A stretch of DNA of 32,000 bases from Nostoc punctiforme PCC 73102 (GCF_000020025.1 NC_010628.1:1740001-1772000), one strand, 5' to 3'; shown: positions 9,687-18,435, counted from the stretch's first letter. Notes: generated by a model not told the origin, from the sequence alone. Translations and numbers: made by a program.

Positions 9687-9770
9687 GTTATGAGTTTGGA
9701 GTGATGAGTTAGGAGTTATGAATTGAATTTAACTCTCATTCCTCATTTTTTACTCCTCACTTTTCACTTT
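9687..9770. repeat. STRR-like heptamer array with an inverted pyrimidine-rich arm, in the mlaF-mlaD spacer
   Basis: gttatga gtttgga gtgatga gttagga gttatga (9687-9721) is followed by ctcattcctcattttttactcctcacttttcac, which has tca-initiated heptamers in opposite orientation. Confidence 0.6.
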
Positions 9771-10553
9771 TTAACCGACGACTTGAATCGGCCCTTGCAC
9801 GCTTCCACTCATAAATTGTTTGATCAAGGGATTTTCTGTGTTGTATATCTCACTAACTGTACCCTGCCACTGCACTCTCCCTTCATAGAGAAATATAAGT
9901 CTATCAGCTGTACGGCGAATAGTGCTGTCTTGGTGAGTAACAACAGCGTATGTACTACAAACTCCATTCAAACATTGCAAATAGCGGATTAAATCTTCGA
10001 TTACAGTTGAGGCAATAGGATCGAGTCCGGCTGTTGGTTCATCGTATAACAGAACTTCTGGTCCTTCTGAGGGATTATCGGGGTTAGACATGATTGCACG
10101 GGCAAAACTTACCCGTTTTCGCATTCCCCCGGAAAGTTCGGCTGGGTAAAGGTCGCTTATTGATGGCAAACCGACCATCTCCAATTTTTCTTTTACCAAA
10201 TCTCGAATGCGCGATCGCGGCAACTTTGAATTTTGATAAAGTAAAAATCCCACATTCTCCTCCACCGTCAGCGAATCAAATAGCGCCGCCTGTTGAAACA
10301 CCATGCCAATGCCAACTGGCTGTCCAGCATCCTCAATCAAACCGTCCCGCCGTACTCCTTGAACATAAATTTCTCCTTCATCAGGAGCAAGTAACCCCGC
10401 CATCACCCGTAGAATTGTTGATTTACCAGTCCCTGATGGCCCAATAATCCCTAGTGCTTCTCCCCGGTAGATGGTTAAGTCTACATTATCTAGAACTTTA
10501 TGGCTACCAAAGGACTTAGAAACACCTTTTAGTTCAATCAATGGTTCAGTCAT
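9771..10553 (-). CDS. ABC transporter ATP-binding protein, MlaF/TGD3-like
   Basis: 260 aa. Walker A is GPSGTGKST, the ABC signature is LSGGMRKRVSFARA and Walker B is LLYDEPTAGLD. It lies directly upstream of the MlaD-like gene on the same strand. Confidence 0.9.
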   Translation of the reverse strand: MTEPLIELKGVSKSFGSHKVLDNVDLTIYRGEALGIIGPSGTGKSTILRVMAGLLAPDEGEIYVQGVRRDGLIEDAGQPVGIGMVFQQAALFDSLTVEENVGFLLYQNSKLPRSRIRDLVKEKLEMVGLPSISDLYPAELSGGMRKRVSFARAIMSNPDNPSEGPEVLLYDEPTAGLDPIASTVIEDLIRYLQCLNGVCSTYAVVTHQDSTIRRTADRLIFLYEGRVQWQGTVSEIYNTENPLIKQFMSGSVQGPIQVVG

Positions 10554-10574
10554 TAGTTATTAGTCATTAGTCAT
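10547..10574 (-). repeat. Four tandem heptamers (ATGACTA-type) that contain the mlaF start codon
   Basis: The minus strand reads ATGACTA ATGACTA ATAACTA ATGACTG. The third ATG (10553-10551) is the annotated start. Confidence 0.75.
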
Positions 10575-11196
10575 TGGTGAGCCAATGCCTTGGCAGGTTC
10601 CCCTATTTGTACCCTTACCAGGAAGCAAGCTACGCAGTGATGTCATAGTTATTGATAAGGCATTTGTATATTACATTATAAGTATATGATTAGCATTTTA
10701 ATTAGCAAACTTTATTTTTTTAGCATAATAATATTTAGTTATTTACAATTTTAATGTCATAGAATCCCCTTAACCCAACGTTCACAAAGATACCGTAGTA
10801 ACTTAATGTCTCAGTAAAGGGAAACTAAGACTCCAGTTTTCTGTGGAGATTAGCAAATCCGTTTAATAATATATTCATCCCATTAGAGGCTATAACTACT
10901 CAAATAAAAGCCAAGAAATAATTAACTGTTTAAAGTAATATATAGCAATTTTATTTTTGAAATTCAAGTTTTGCGAACTACTGACTTATCTTAAACTCTA
11001 GGTTTATAGTTATTTTAAAATGATTTGCAATTGCTATACAAATATTTAATTAATTAACATCTAAAGTTATTGCTATTAACAGAGCTATTATCTTATTTTA
11101 GATGTTAATAATATTTGTCCTAAATCTTGTAGTTGTCAACTACAAAAATTATTTACTAATATTGTAATATTACTAAGAAAAATAAAAGTAGAGATT

Positions 11197-12240
11197 ATGA
11201 GTAGCAACTTAGAACAGTTTGCAAGTGATAATTCTTCTGGTATTTGCCCAGAAGCGCTGGAATATATGATTAGAGCAAATCAAGGTAGTGTTCCAGCTTA
11301 TGGGAATGATGAATGGACTCAAAAAGCAACAGATTATTTTCGGGAACTCTTCGAAATTGATTGTGAAGTATTTTTCACCTTTAATGGTACAGCCGCAAAT
11401 TCTTTATCTTTAGCTGCCCTTTGCCAGTCATATCACAGCGTAATTTGCCATGAAACATCTCACATAGAAACAGATGAATGTGGCGCACCTGAATTTGCAT
11501 CTAATGGTTCTAAACTTTTACTTGCCCAAGGGAAAAATGGCAAGTTAACACCAGAATCTATAGAGGCAATTGTCACTAGACGCACTGATATTCATTATCC
11601 CAAGCCTAAAGTTATTAGTATTACCCAATCAACTGAATTAGGAACTTTATATTCTATTGAAGAACTTCTAAAAATTAAAGGAGTAGCGAAAAAGTATAAT
11701 TTAAAAATTCACATGGATGGCGCTCGTTTTGCAAATGCAGTTGCCGCTATGAATAAAAGCCCTGCTGAAATTACTTGGAAAACTGGAGTAGATGTATTAT
11801 GCTTTTGTGGTACTAAGAATGGAATGGCATTAGGTGAAGCAATTCTTTTCTTCAACAAAGAGTTAGCAGAAGACTTTGATTATCGATGCAAGCAAGCAGG
11901 TCAGTTAGCGTCAAAAATGCGGTTTATTTCTGCTCCTTGGTTGGGTTTATTAGAAACGGGTGCTTGGCTAAAAAATGCTAGACATGCTAATCAATGTGCT
12001 GAATATTTAGAAAATCAACTCTTAAATATAGAAGGCGTTGACTTGATGTTTCCCAGAGAAGCCAACGCCGTATTTGTGAAATTACCTGAACAAGTCATTC
12101 ACACCTTAAAAGCAAATAACTGGCAGTTTTATACATTTATCGGTGTGGGAGGAGTACGTTTTATGTGTTCTTGGAACACAACACAATCTAGGATTGATGA
12201 ACTGATTGATGATATTAAAAAAGCAATCATAGCTATCTGA
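11197..12240 (+). CDS. Low-specificity threonine aldolase family (PLP-dependent beta-eliminating lyase fold)
   Basis: 347 aa. FASDNSSG, FTFNGTAANSL, HMDGARFANA and CFCGTKNGMALGEA (candidate PLP lysine) were read from the translation. The gene is very AT-rich. Confidence 0.8.
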   Translation: MSSNLEQFASDNSSGICPEALEYMIRANQGSVPAYGNDEWTQKATDYFRELFEIDCEVFFTFNGTAANSLSLAALCQSYHSVICHETSHIETDECGAPEFASNGSKLLLAQGKNGKLTPESIEAIVTRRTDIHYPKPKVISITQSTELGTLYSIEELLKIKGVAKKYNLKIHMDGARFANAVAAMNKSPAEITWKTGVDVLCFCGTKNGMALGEAILFFNKELAEDFDYRCKQAGQLASKMRFISAPWLGLLETGAWLKNARHANQCAEYLENQLLNIEGVDLMFPREANAVFVKLPEQVIHTLKANNWQFYTFIGVGGVRFMCSWNTTQSRIDELIDDIKKAIIAI

Positions 12241-12260
12241 TTGGTAAAAATTGGTGTTAT

Positions 12261-12297
12261 CTAGATATCCGATTTATTTAAAAATTCGGATATCTAG
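12261..12297. terminator. 12-bp perfect-stem hairpin between convergent genes
   Basis: ctagatatccga (12261-12272) and tcggatatctag (12286-12297) flank a 13-nt A/T loop. Flanking T-tracts are weak. Confidence 0.45.
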
Positions 12298-12341
12298 TAT
12301 CAATTACATCTGAGGTTGCTACCAAACAACCGGATTTGATA

Positions 12342-12782
12342 TTACTTGCTATGAAACTTTAGTTGCATCTTTGATTGCTGCCACAATCCCAGATGCTTAT
12401 TTTTAGCATTAGCTTCTGCAATTAAATATTGGGTTTTGCTTTCATAGCAATTTTGTAAAGATTCTCTGTCAACGACAGCATTACCTGACTCTACCAAAAG
12501 GAGATTTACTGACCGATTATCCACAAACACTTCACCAACTGTCCGACCATTTTCGAGTTTTTCTATACTTCTAATCACAACAGGGGTTTTAGGCGGTAGT
12601 AGCTGTTTTAACCTTTGTGTCGCTGCTAAAGTATACACTTGTCCAACCGCCTTTGGTGCATTAATACACGCTAGCTTGACTGGAATTGTTTGTCCGGCAT
12701 TATCTTTAACTAAAATTGTGTTTCCGTCTGTAACACCAACTACTGTAGCTAGCACCAACATTAGTTCAAGTAATTCCATCAT
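12342..12782 (-). CDS. Staphylococcal-nuclease (thermonuclease) fold protein whose active-site residues appear substituted
   Basis: 146 aa. VTDGNTILV...VKLACINAPK...NGRTVGEVFVDNRSVNLLLVESGNAVV...AEANAKNKHLGLW follows the SNase fold pattern (DGDT...RLLxVDTPE...GR...LVxxGxA...AKxxxxGxW). N/K/N/A/K replace the catalytic D21/R35/D40/T41/E43. Confidence 0.7.
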   Translation of the reverse strand: MMELLELMLVLATVVGVTDGNTILVKDNAGQTIPVKLACINAPKAVGQVYTLAATQRLKQLLPPKTPVVIRSIEKLENGRTVGEVFVDNRSVNLLLVESGNAVVDRESLQNCYESKTQYLIAEANAKNKHLGLWQQSKMQLKFHSK

Positions 12783-12864
12783 TTTGTATGTAAGAATTTA
12801 TGCATGAATATCATGTTATTGCAGTGCTTAGGTTGCTAGTGTGATTTGACTCACAAAATATTAT

Positions 12865-13428
12865 TTACTTGATAAATGCTTTGTAATCTTCAATTAACTT
12901 TGCCAAGCGGGAAGCAAGAAATGGACTTGCATCCCGCAAAGCTTCATAAATCTGAATACCTTCTTCTCGATATCGAATAATTTTGTCTTGAGTCCAATAA
13001 TGTGGTGGTGCTTGGAGATTGGTGATTCTATCTGCTAGTTTCACCATCCATATTTCTTGTGGTTGCTTCTTTATCCTTTGTAAACTATCTGCCATTCGGA
13101 GATGTTTTGCTAAATTTTCATCTTTAGTCAGTGCAAGTACACCATTAGCTACTGATTCACCAAATTCGGTTCTGATTTCCTCAAACGTTGTATTAGTATC
13201 CTCGATTGTGTCATGCAAAATAGCACATTGAATAGCAAGATTCCCATCATGCTCTGTTTCCACACTTATGGCTGCAATTACTTCCATACTCACAAGATTC
13301 AAGTGCATAAGGTAAGGTATTTCTGAACCTGCCATTTTCTGACCTTGATGTGCGTATGCTGCTTTCTTTAAGGCTTTAATGTAAATTTCTTGAGACCAGC
13401 TTTTTGGGCTGAGTTGATATTTTTCCAT
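12865..13428 (-). CDS. HD-domain protein of the RelA/SpoT hydrolase type (small alarmone hydrolase-like)
   Basis: 187 aa. AHQGQKMAGSEIPYLMHLNLV and AILHDTIEDTNTTFEEIRTEFGESVANGVLALTKD match the (p)ppGpp-hydrolase HD signature. Confidence 0.75.
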   Translation of the reverse strand: MEKYQLSPKSWSQEIYIKALKKAAYAHQGQKMAGSEIPYLMHLNLVSMEVIAAISVETEHDGNLAIQCAILHDTIEDTNTTFEEIRTEFGESVANGVLALTKDENLAKHLRMADSLQRIKKQPQEIWMVKLADRITNLQAPPHYWTQDKIIRYREEGIQIYEALRDASPFLASRLAKLIEDYKAFIK

Positions 13429-13524
13429 TTATCTATTCTTCTCATGAAGTGATGTTATGTAGTATGCCACAATCTTAAATAGGATAACCGTAGTATAACA
13501 AGTACTTGATATCAATCAAAAACT

Positions 13525-14793
13525 CTAAAAAGAAACTACAGGTAATTGAACACTCACAGTAGTACCTGTTAAGAGGTCAGAGCAGATCGACAGTTCTCCA
13601 TTATGAGCATTGAGGATGCGTTTAGTAATAGCAAGCCCTAGCCCAGTGCCACAAGGTTTTGTGGAGAAGAATGGCTGAGAAAGCTTGCTTATAAATTCTG
13701 ATGGGATTGGTTCACCGCCATTGTGGACATTAATATAGACTTTATTTATATGAGAACAATCTACTTTACATTTAACAATATCTCCTGGTGCAACTGCCTC
13801 GCAAGCATTACGAAGAATGTTAATAAATACTTGTTTAAGTTTGTCCTTATCCCCCAAAACTTTTACTGTAGGTAACACCGGAAAAAATTCAATTTTTCGT
13901 TCCAGAGCTTCTGGCATTTCATGAATGTATACCAATAACTCATGAATTAGTTCATTCACATCTAATTCACAAAGCTGCAATACTTGAGGTTTGGCGTATA
14001 GCAAAATTTCACTTAGCAGACGCTCCAAACGACTAGATTCAGTCAATGCCAACGCTAATCGCTCTTGAGCAGATTCTGTTAAAATGGTTTTTTGGAAATA
14101 CTTTAATCCCATAATCATTGTAGTTAAGGGATTACGAATTTCATGCACAATCATGGCAGCGAATTCACCAATAGCTGCCAATCGCTCCTGTTCTAAAAGC
14201 TTGGCTTGGGTTGCTTGTAATTCTGCGGTGCGTTTTTCTACCTCAGCTTCTAAAATATGATTAAATTTGCACTGTTGTTGATAAAGATGATAGTTGTCAA
14301 TTGCTGTTGCGGCTCGTTCAGCAAACAATTCCACAATTTGGATATCTTCTTTTGTAAAATCACGCGGTTGGTGATTAAAAGAACATATAGTGCCAATTAC
14401 CTTGTTTTCAGCAGTTCGCAATGGTATCCCTAAATATGCACAATAACCTTCTGGAGCTTGTCCATATTCTGGGTATTTTTGAGCATCTTTCACGGCTAAT
14501 GAATGACCCATTTGAATAACAGTACCAGTCAGTAAACCATGTAGTGAATAAACATGTTCACCATCACCCATTTCGAGACTACTGGCTAGAACAGTTTCAA
14601 ACCCCTCTTGGCAAAAAGTAACAACTGTCCAATCAACTCCAATAAGTTCGCTGACTCCACAGGCAATATTATGCAAATAGCTACCTAGTTCACCAGTTCG
14701 ATAGTTTAAAGAAGACAAACGGATTATGATTTGTCGCTCACGTTGCCAAGTTTGGTTGTGCAACAATATTTCGTCATTACTAGTTTTGCTCAT
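13525..14793 (-). CDS. Cytoplasmic GAF-domain sensor histidine kinase
   Basis: 422 aa with no TM segment. A GAF-like region (DWTVVTF...GIPLRTAENKVIGTICSF) precedes a coiled coil, the H-box MIVHEIRNPLT and a G-box (GTGLGLAITKRI). Confidence 0.85.
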   Translation of the reverse strand: MSKTSNDEILLHNQTWQRERQIIIRLSSLNYRTGELGSYLHNIACGVSELIGVDWTVVTFCQEGFETVLASSLEMGDGEHVYSLHGLLTGTVIQMGHSLAVKDAQKYPEYGQAPEGYCAYLGIPLRTAENKVIGTICSFNHQPRDFTKEDIQIVELFAERAATAIDNYHLYQQQCKFNHILEAEVEKRTAELQATQAKLLEQERLAAIGEFAAMIVHEIRNPLTTMIMGLKYFQKTILTESAQERLALALTESSRLERLLSEILLYAKPQVLQLCELDVNELIHELLVYIHEMPEALERKIEFFPVLPTVKVLGDKDKLKQVFINILRNACEAVAPGDIVKCKVDCSHINKVYINVHNGGEPIPSEFISKLSQPFFSTKPCGTGLGLAITKRILNAHNGELSICSDLLTGTTVSVQLPVVSF

Positions 14794-15171
14794 GGATACT
14801 TATTGCATGGGTTATGAAAATAATTTCAAAAATCGACTGGATAGTTATTTTGATCGAGCTGTACTATTTTGAGAGAAAGATTCTACTAGACACATTATGC
14901 TATTTACATACAACAAACTGATTAATTTTTAGTTGAATAAATGTAAAATTATACAACAATGATATATTGAAAAATAAGTGGTGTCATCGTGAGTAAAATC
15001 AAACAATGTCAGAGTGTTATGTAGCCTAATCCATCATAGATATCGCTTGGCTTCAATCTACTCCATTTACGATGATATGGTTAAGTTTATTTATATCTAA
15101 GTACTTAAAGACTGAAAAATTAGATTTTTCTGGGAAATTTATAATAGAAAACATCTCAAACGGGAATAACT

Positions 15172-15669
15172 ATGACAGTCAATCTACAAGGAATATTACA
15201 GCAACCGGGGCAAGGTTCTTCATACTGGGTGCTTGGAGATTTGTATACTTTTAAGGCAGTAGGTGAAGAAACTAGTCAAGCTTATGCTCTAATTGAGATT
15301 ACCGTTCAACCACAAAACGGCACACCTCCCCACATTCATAGTCACGAAGACGAAGCTTTCTATATTCAAGAGGGAGAATTGGAATTTCAGCTTGATGAGC
15401 AGATTCTTTTAGCAACCCCTGGAACCTTTCTCCACTCTCCTAAAGGTCAACTTCACAGATTTTCAAATATCGGTACAAAGCCAGCAAAATTACTTTGCTG
15501 GTTCACACCAGCAGGGTTAGAGAAGTTTTTCATGGAAGTAGGTGTGCCAGTCTCAGAGAAAATACAATTACCTAGCATTAGTCCCGCAGATATCGAAAAA
15601 GCGTTGGCAGCTGCTTCAAAGTATGGTCTTAAAATTATTCCGCCGTCTGCTGCATCTTCGCAGGTATAA
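15172..15669 (+). CDS. Cupin-domain protein
   Basis: 165 aa. GTPPHIHSHEDEAFYIQEGELEF...HRFSN is a two-motif cupin signature. Confidence 0.8.
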   Translation: MTVNLQGILQQPGQGSSYWVLGDLYTFKAVGEETSQAYALIEITVQPQNGTPPHIHSHEDEAFYIQEGELEFQLDEQILLATPGTFLHSPKGQLHRFSNIGTKPAKLLCWFTPAGLEKFFMEVGVPVSEKIQLPSISPADIEKALAAASKYGLKIIPPSAASSQV

Positions 15670-15763
15670 GCTAAATATAACTACAAGCGATCGCAGTTAG
15701 ACACCAAACAACAGTGTTGGAAAGTTTCAGAAGAGCGATCGCTAACTAAGCTAATCAACATTT

Positions 15764-16147
15764 CTATTGGAGAGTTTCAATATGAAAACGCTTAAATGCT
15801 CTAGCTGCTTCAGGAATTAGCTCAATGTACCAATGCCCATTTTTTTCATCTGCAAACCAACTAATTATTGCAAGTGCCGGTTGCCCAAATTCATCATCTT
15901 TTACTCCAAATAATTGGCAGAAATGTTCACCTAAATGACCAATTTGTCCAGAAGAATCACCATCATATCCTGCCGCTTCAGATAACTCCCAAGTGCGTAA
16001 TCTGCGATTGTCTTTCATAAAGTAACAGTGCTGATACAACTTATTCAAGATAGCTTTGTGTCCCGGAGTTAATTCTTCATAAATTGAGTGGAGTGCCTCT
16101 AAATATTTTTCCTCTGAAGGAATATAACGTTCAACATCTTTCAACAC
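15764..16147 (-). CDS. Hypothetical protein, 127 aa, no family recognised
   Basis: The frame is clean and non-overlapping, with plausible composition. I could not assign any motif with confidence. Confidence 0.5.
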   Translation of the reverse strand: MLKDVERYIPSEEKYLEALHSIYEELTPGHKAILNKLYQHCYFMKDNRRLRTWELSEAAGYDGDSSGQIGHLGEHFCQLFGVKDDEFGQPALAIISWFADEKNGHWYIELIPEAARAFKRFHIETLQ

Positions 16148-16452
16148 TCTATTCTTCCTCTTTTGATTAAAAAATTCGCTGGCAATGTGTAAAATATTAT
16201 AGTTTGCCCTCCCTACTTCCTTGAAGGCGGGTGCTTCCGCAATAACGTTAAAGAATCGTTTAGAGGTATTTTAGCTTCTACTCATAGAAATGTCTTACCA
16301 AGGATACCTATATTTAATATTACTAAAGGTAATGTATTTTATTTAACCGCGATCGGCAGTTAAGATTTTAGAACTCTTTATACCATTCTCAGCACACTAG
16401 AGGATTCATAATCCATAATCCAAATATTGATCCCAAGGAAAAGTGTTGACTT

Positions 16453-18435
16453 ATGTGTATAGAATTTGGGCGGGAAATCTGCGGCAATCTTGACACGGCA
16501 GAGTCACGGGAATGGTTAGTTACTAACGGTATTGGTGGTTATGCTTCTGGAACTGTGGCTGGTTTATTGACGCGCCGATATCACGGACTATTGGTAGCAG
16601 CATTGAAACCACCTTTAGGTCGTACCTTACTACTGGCAAAACTAGATGAAACTATCCTGTATGACAATCGCTCTTATTCTCTAGACACCAATCGTTGGGC
16701 TGATGGGACTGTCAGCCCTCACGGTTATCAAAATATTGAACGTTTTTCTCTGGAAGGTACAATTCCCTTATGGCGTTTTGCTGTTGCCGATGCCTTGTTA
16801 GAAAAACGGGTGTGGATGCAACAAGGTGTTAACACAACTTATGTCCAATATACTCTGCGTCGTGCCACGCAACCTCTGAAGTTGACCCTCAAAGCAATGG
16901 TCAACTACCGCGATTATCACAGTGACACCCAAAGTAATGGCTGGAAGATGTCTATTGAGCAAGTCGAACAGGGGATTTGTGTAACTTCCTATCCGGGTGC
17001 TGTACCAATGTATTTACTGAGTGATGGTGGTAGCGCATCTATTGCCGACAATTGGTATTATGGCTTTGAATTGGCTGTTGAGCGCTATCGGGGATTGAGA
17101 GATAGAGAAGACCATCTCCACGCTGCGACTTTTGAGGTTACACTGAATCCTGGGGAAGCGATCGCTTATGTAGCCAGCACAGAAAAGCAAGCAAATCTCA
17201 ACGCCGAGGCTGCACTTAAGTTACGTCGCGCTCAAGAGCAGAAGCTAACTGGAATTTGGAAAACTAATCAACCCCTCAAGACCAAGGAATCACCTATCTG
17301 GATCAAGCAACTAATACTAGCTGCTGACCAGTTTATTGTTGACCGTCCAATGCCAGAAGACCCCTACGGTAAGACTATCATCGCTGGTTATCACTGGTTT
17401 AGCGACTGGGGACGCGACACGATGATTAGTCTACCTGGTTTGACAATTTCCACTGGTCGACCAGAGGTAGCACGCTCAATTATTCGCACCTTTGCCAGAT
17501 ACGTAGACCAGGGAATGTTGCCTAATCGCTTTCCTGATGCGGGCGAGCAACCAGAATATAATACAGTCGATGCCACTCTCTGGTACTTTGAAGCAGTCCG
17601 CGCCTACTACAGCGCTACGGATGATGATACTTTGCTTGGTGAACTCTTTCCCATACTTGCAGACATCATTGATTGGCACTGTCGCGGTACACGCTACAAT
17701 ATCCATCTCGATGCAGCCGATGGCTTACTTTATGCAGGTGTAACAGGTGTACAACTGACTTGGATGGATGCCAAAGTTGACGATTGGGTAGTTACGCCCC
17801 GAATTGGCAAACCAATTGAAGTTAATGCCCTCTGGTATAATGCTTTACGGACAATGGCCAAGTTTGCCCGTCACCTTGGTAAACCACACCAAGAATATGA
17901 GGCAATGGCAGACCGGGCTAAGTATAGATTTTCTCGCTTCTGGAATGACGAGACAGGTTATTGCTATGACGTTCTAGACAGTCCTAATGGTGATGATGCG
18001 GCATTGCGACCTAACCAAATATTTGCTGTTTCATTGCCAGAAAGCCCGCTAACACCTGCCCAGCAAAGAAGTGTGGTGGAAGTTTGTGGACGAAGGCTGC
18101 TGACTTCTCATGGATTGCGATCGCTAGCCCCTGACCATCCCCAATATCAGGGTAAATACGGTGGCAATCAGTATCAACGTGATGGCGCTTACCACCAGGG
18201 GACAGTTTGGGGTTGGTTATTGGGGCCATTCGTCTTAGCACACCTGCGCGTCTACAAAAATCCTGAGCAGGCTCGTCAATTTTTAGAACCAATGGCTAAT
18301 CATCTTACTAAACACGGTCTTGGTAGTCTCAGCGAAATTTTTGATGGTGATGCCCCAATGACTGCACGGGGATGTATTGCCCAAGCGTGGACAGTAGCAG
18401 AGGTTTTACGCGCTTGGTTTGCAACAGAGAGTTGA
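16453..18435 (+). CDS. Glycogen debranching enzyme / amylo-alpha-1,6-glucosidase family (archaeal-type GDE)
   Basis: 660 aa. EWLVTNGIGGYASGTV...TRRYHGLL (N-terminal GDE domain) is followed by GYHWFSDWGRDTMISLPGL, LTWMDAKV, NALWYNAL and YHQGTVWGWLLGPF (the (alpha/alpha)6 catalytic barrel). Confidence 0.9.
   Translation: MCIEFGREICGNLDTAESREWLVTNGIGGYASGTVAGLLTRRYHGLLVAALKPPLGRTLLLAKLDETILYDNRSYSLDTNRWADGTVSPHGYQNIERFSLEGTIPLWRFAVADALLEKRVWMQQGVNTTYVQYTLRRATQPLKLTLKAMVNYRDYHSDTQSNGWKMSIEQVEQGICVTSYPGAVPMYLLSDGGSASIADNWYYGFELAVERYRGLRDREDHLHAATFEVTLNPGEAIAYVASTEKQANLNAEAALKLRRAQEQKLTGIWKTNQPLKTKESPIWIKQLILAADQFIVDRPMPEDPYGKTIIAGYHWFSDWGRDTMISLPGLTISTGRPEVARSIIRTFARYVDQGMLPNRFPDAGEQPEYNTVDATLWYFEAVRAYYSATDDDTLLGELFPILADIIDWHCRGTRYNIHLDAADGLLYAGVTGVQLTWMDAKVDDWVVTPRIGKPIEVNALWYNALRTMAKFARHLGKPHQEYEAMADRAKYRFSRFWNDETGYCYDVLDSPNGDDAALRPNQIFAVSLPESPLTPAQQRSVVEVCGRRLLTSHGLRSLAPDHPQYQGKYGGNQYQRDGAYHQGTVWGWLLGPFVLAHLRVYKNPEQARQFLEPMANHLTKHGLGSLSEIFDGDAPMTARGCIAQAWTVAEVLRAWFATES

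Noticed and set aside
9687-9721. Possible CRISPR array suggested by the short tandem repeats here and at 10547-10574 and 29206-29233
   Set aside because: The units are 7 nt with no spacers, and no cas genes are present. They are STRR-type heptamer repeats, not CRISPR.
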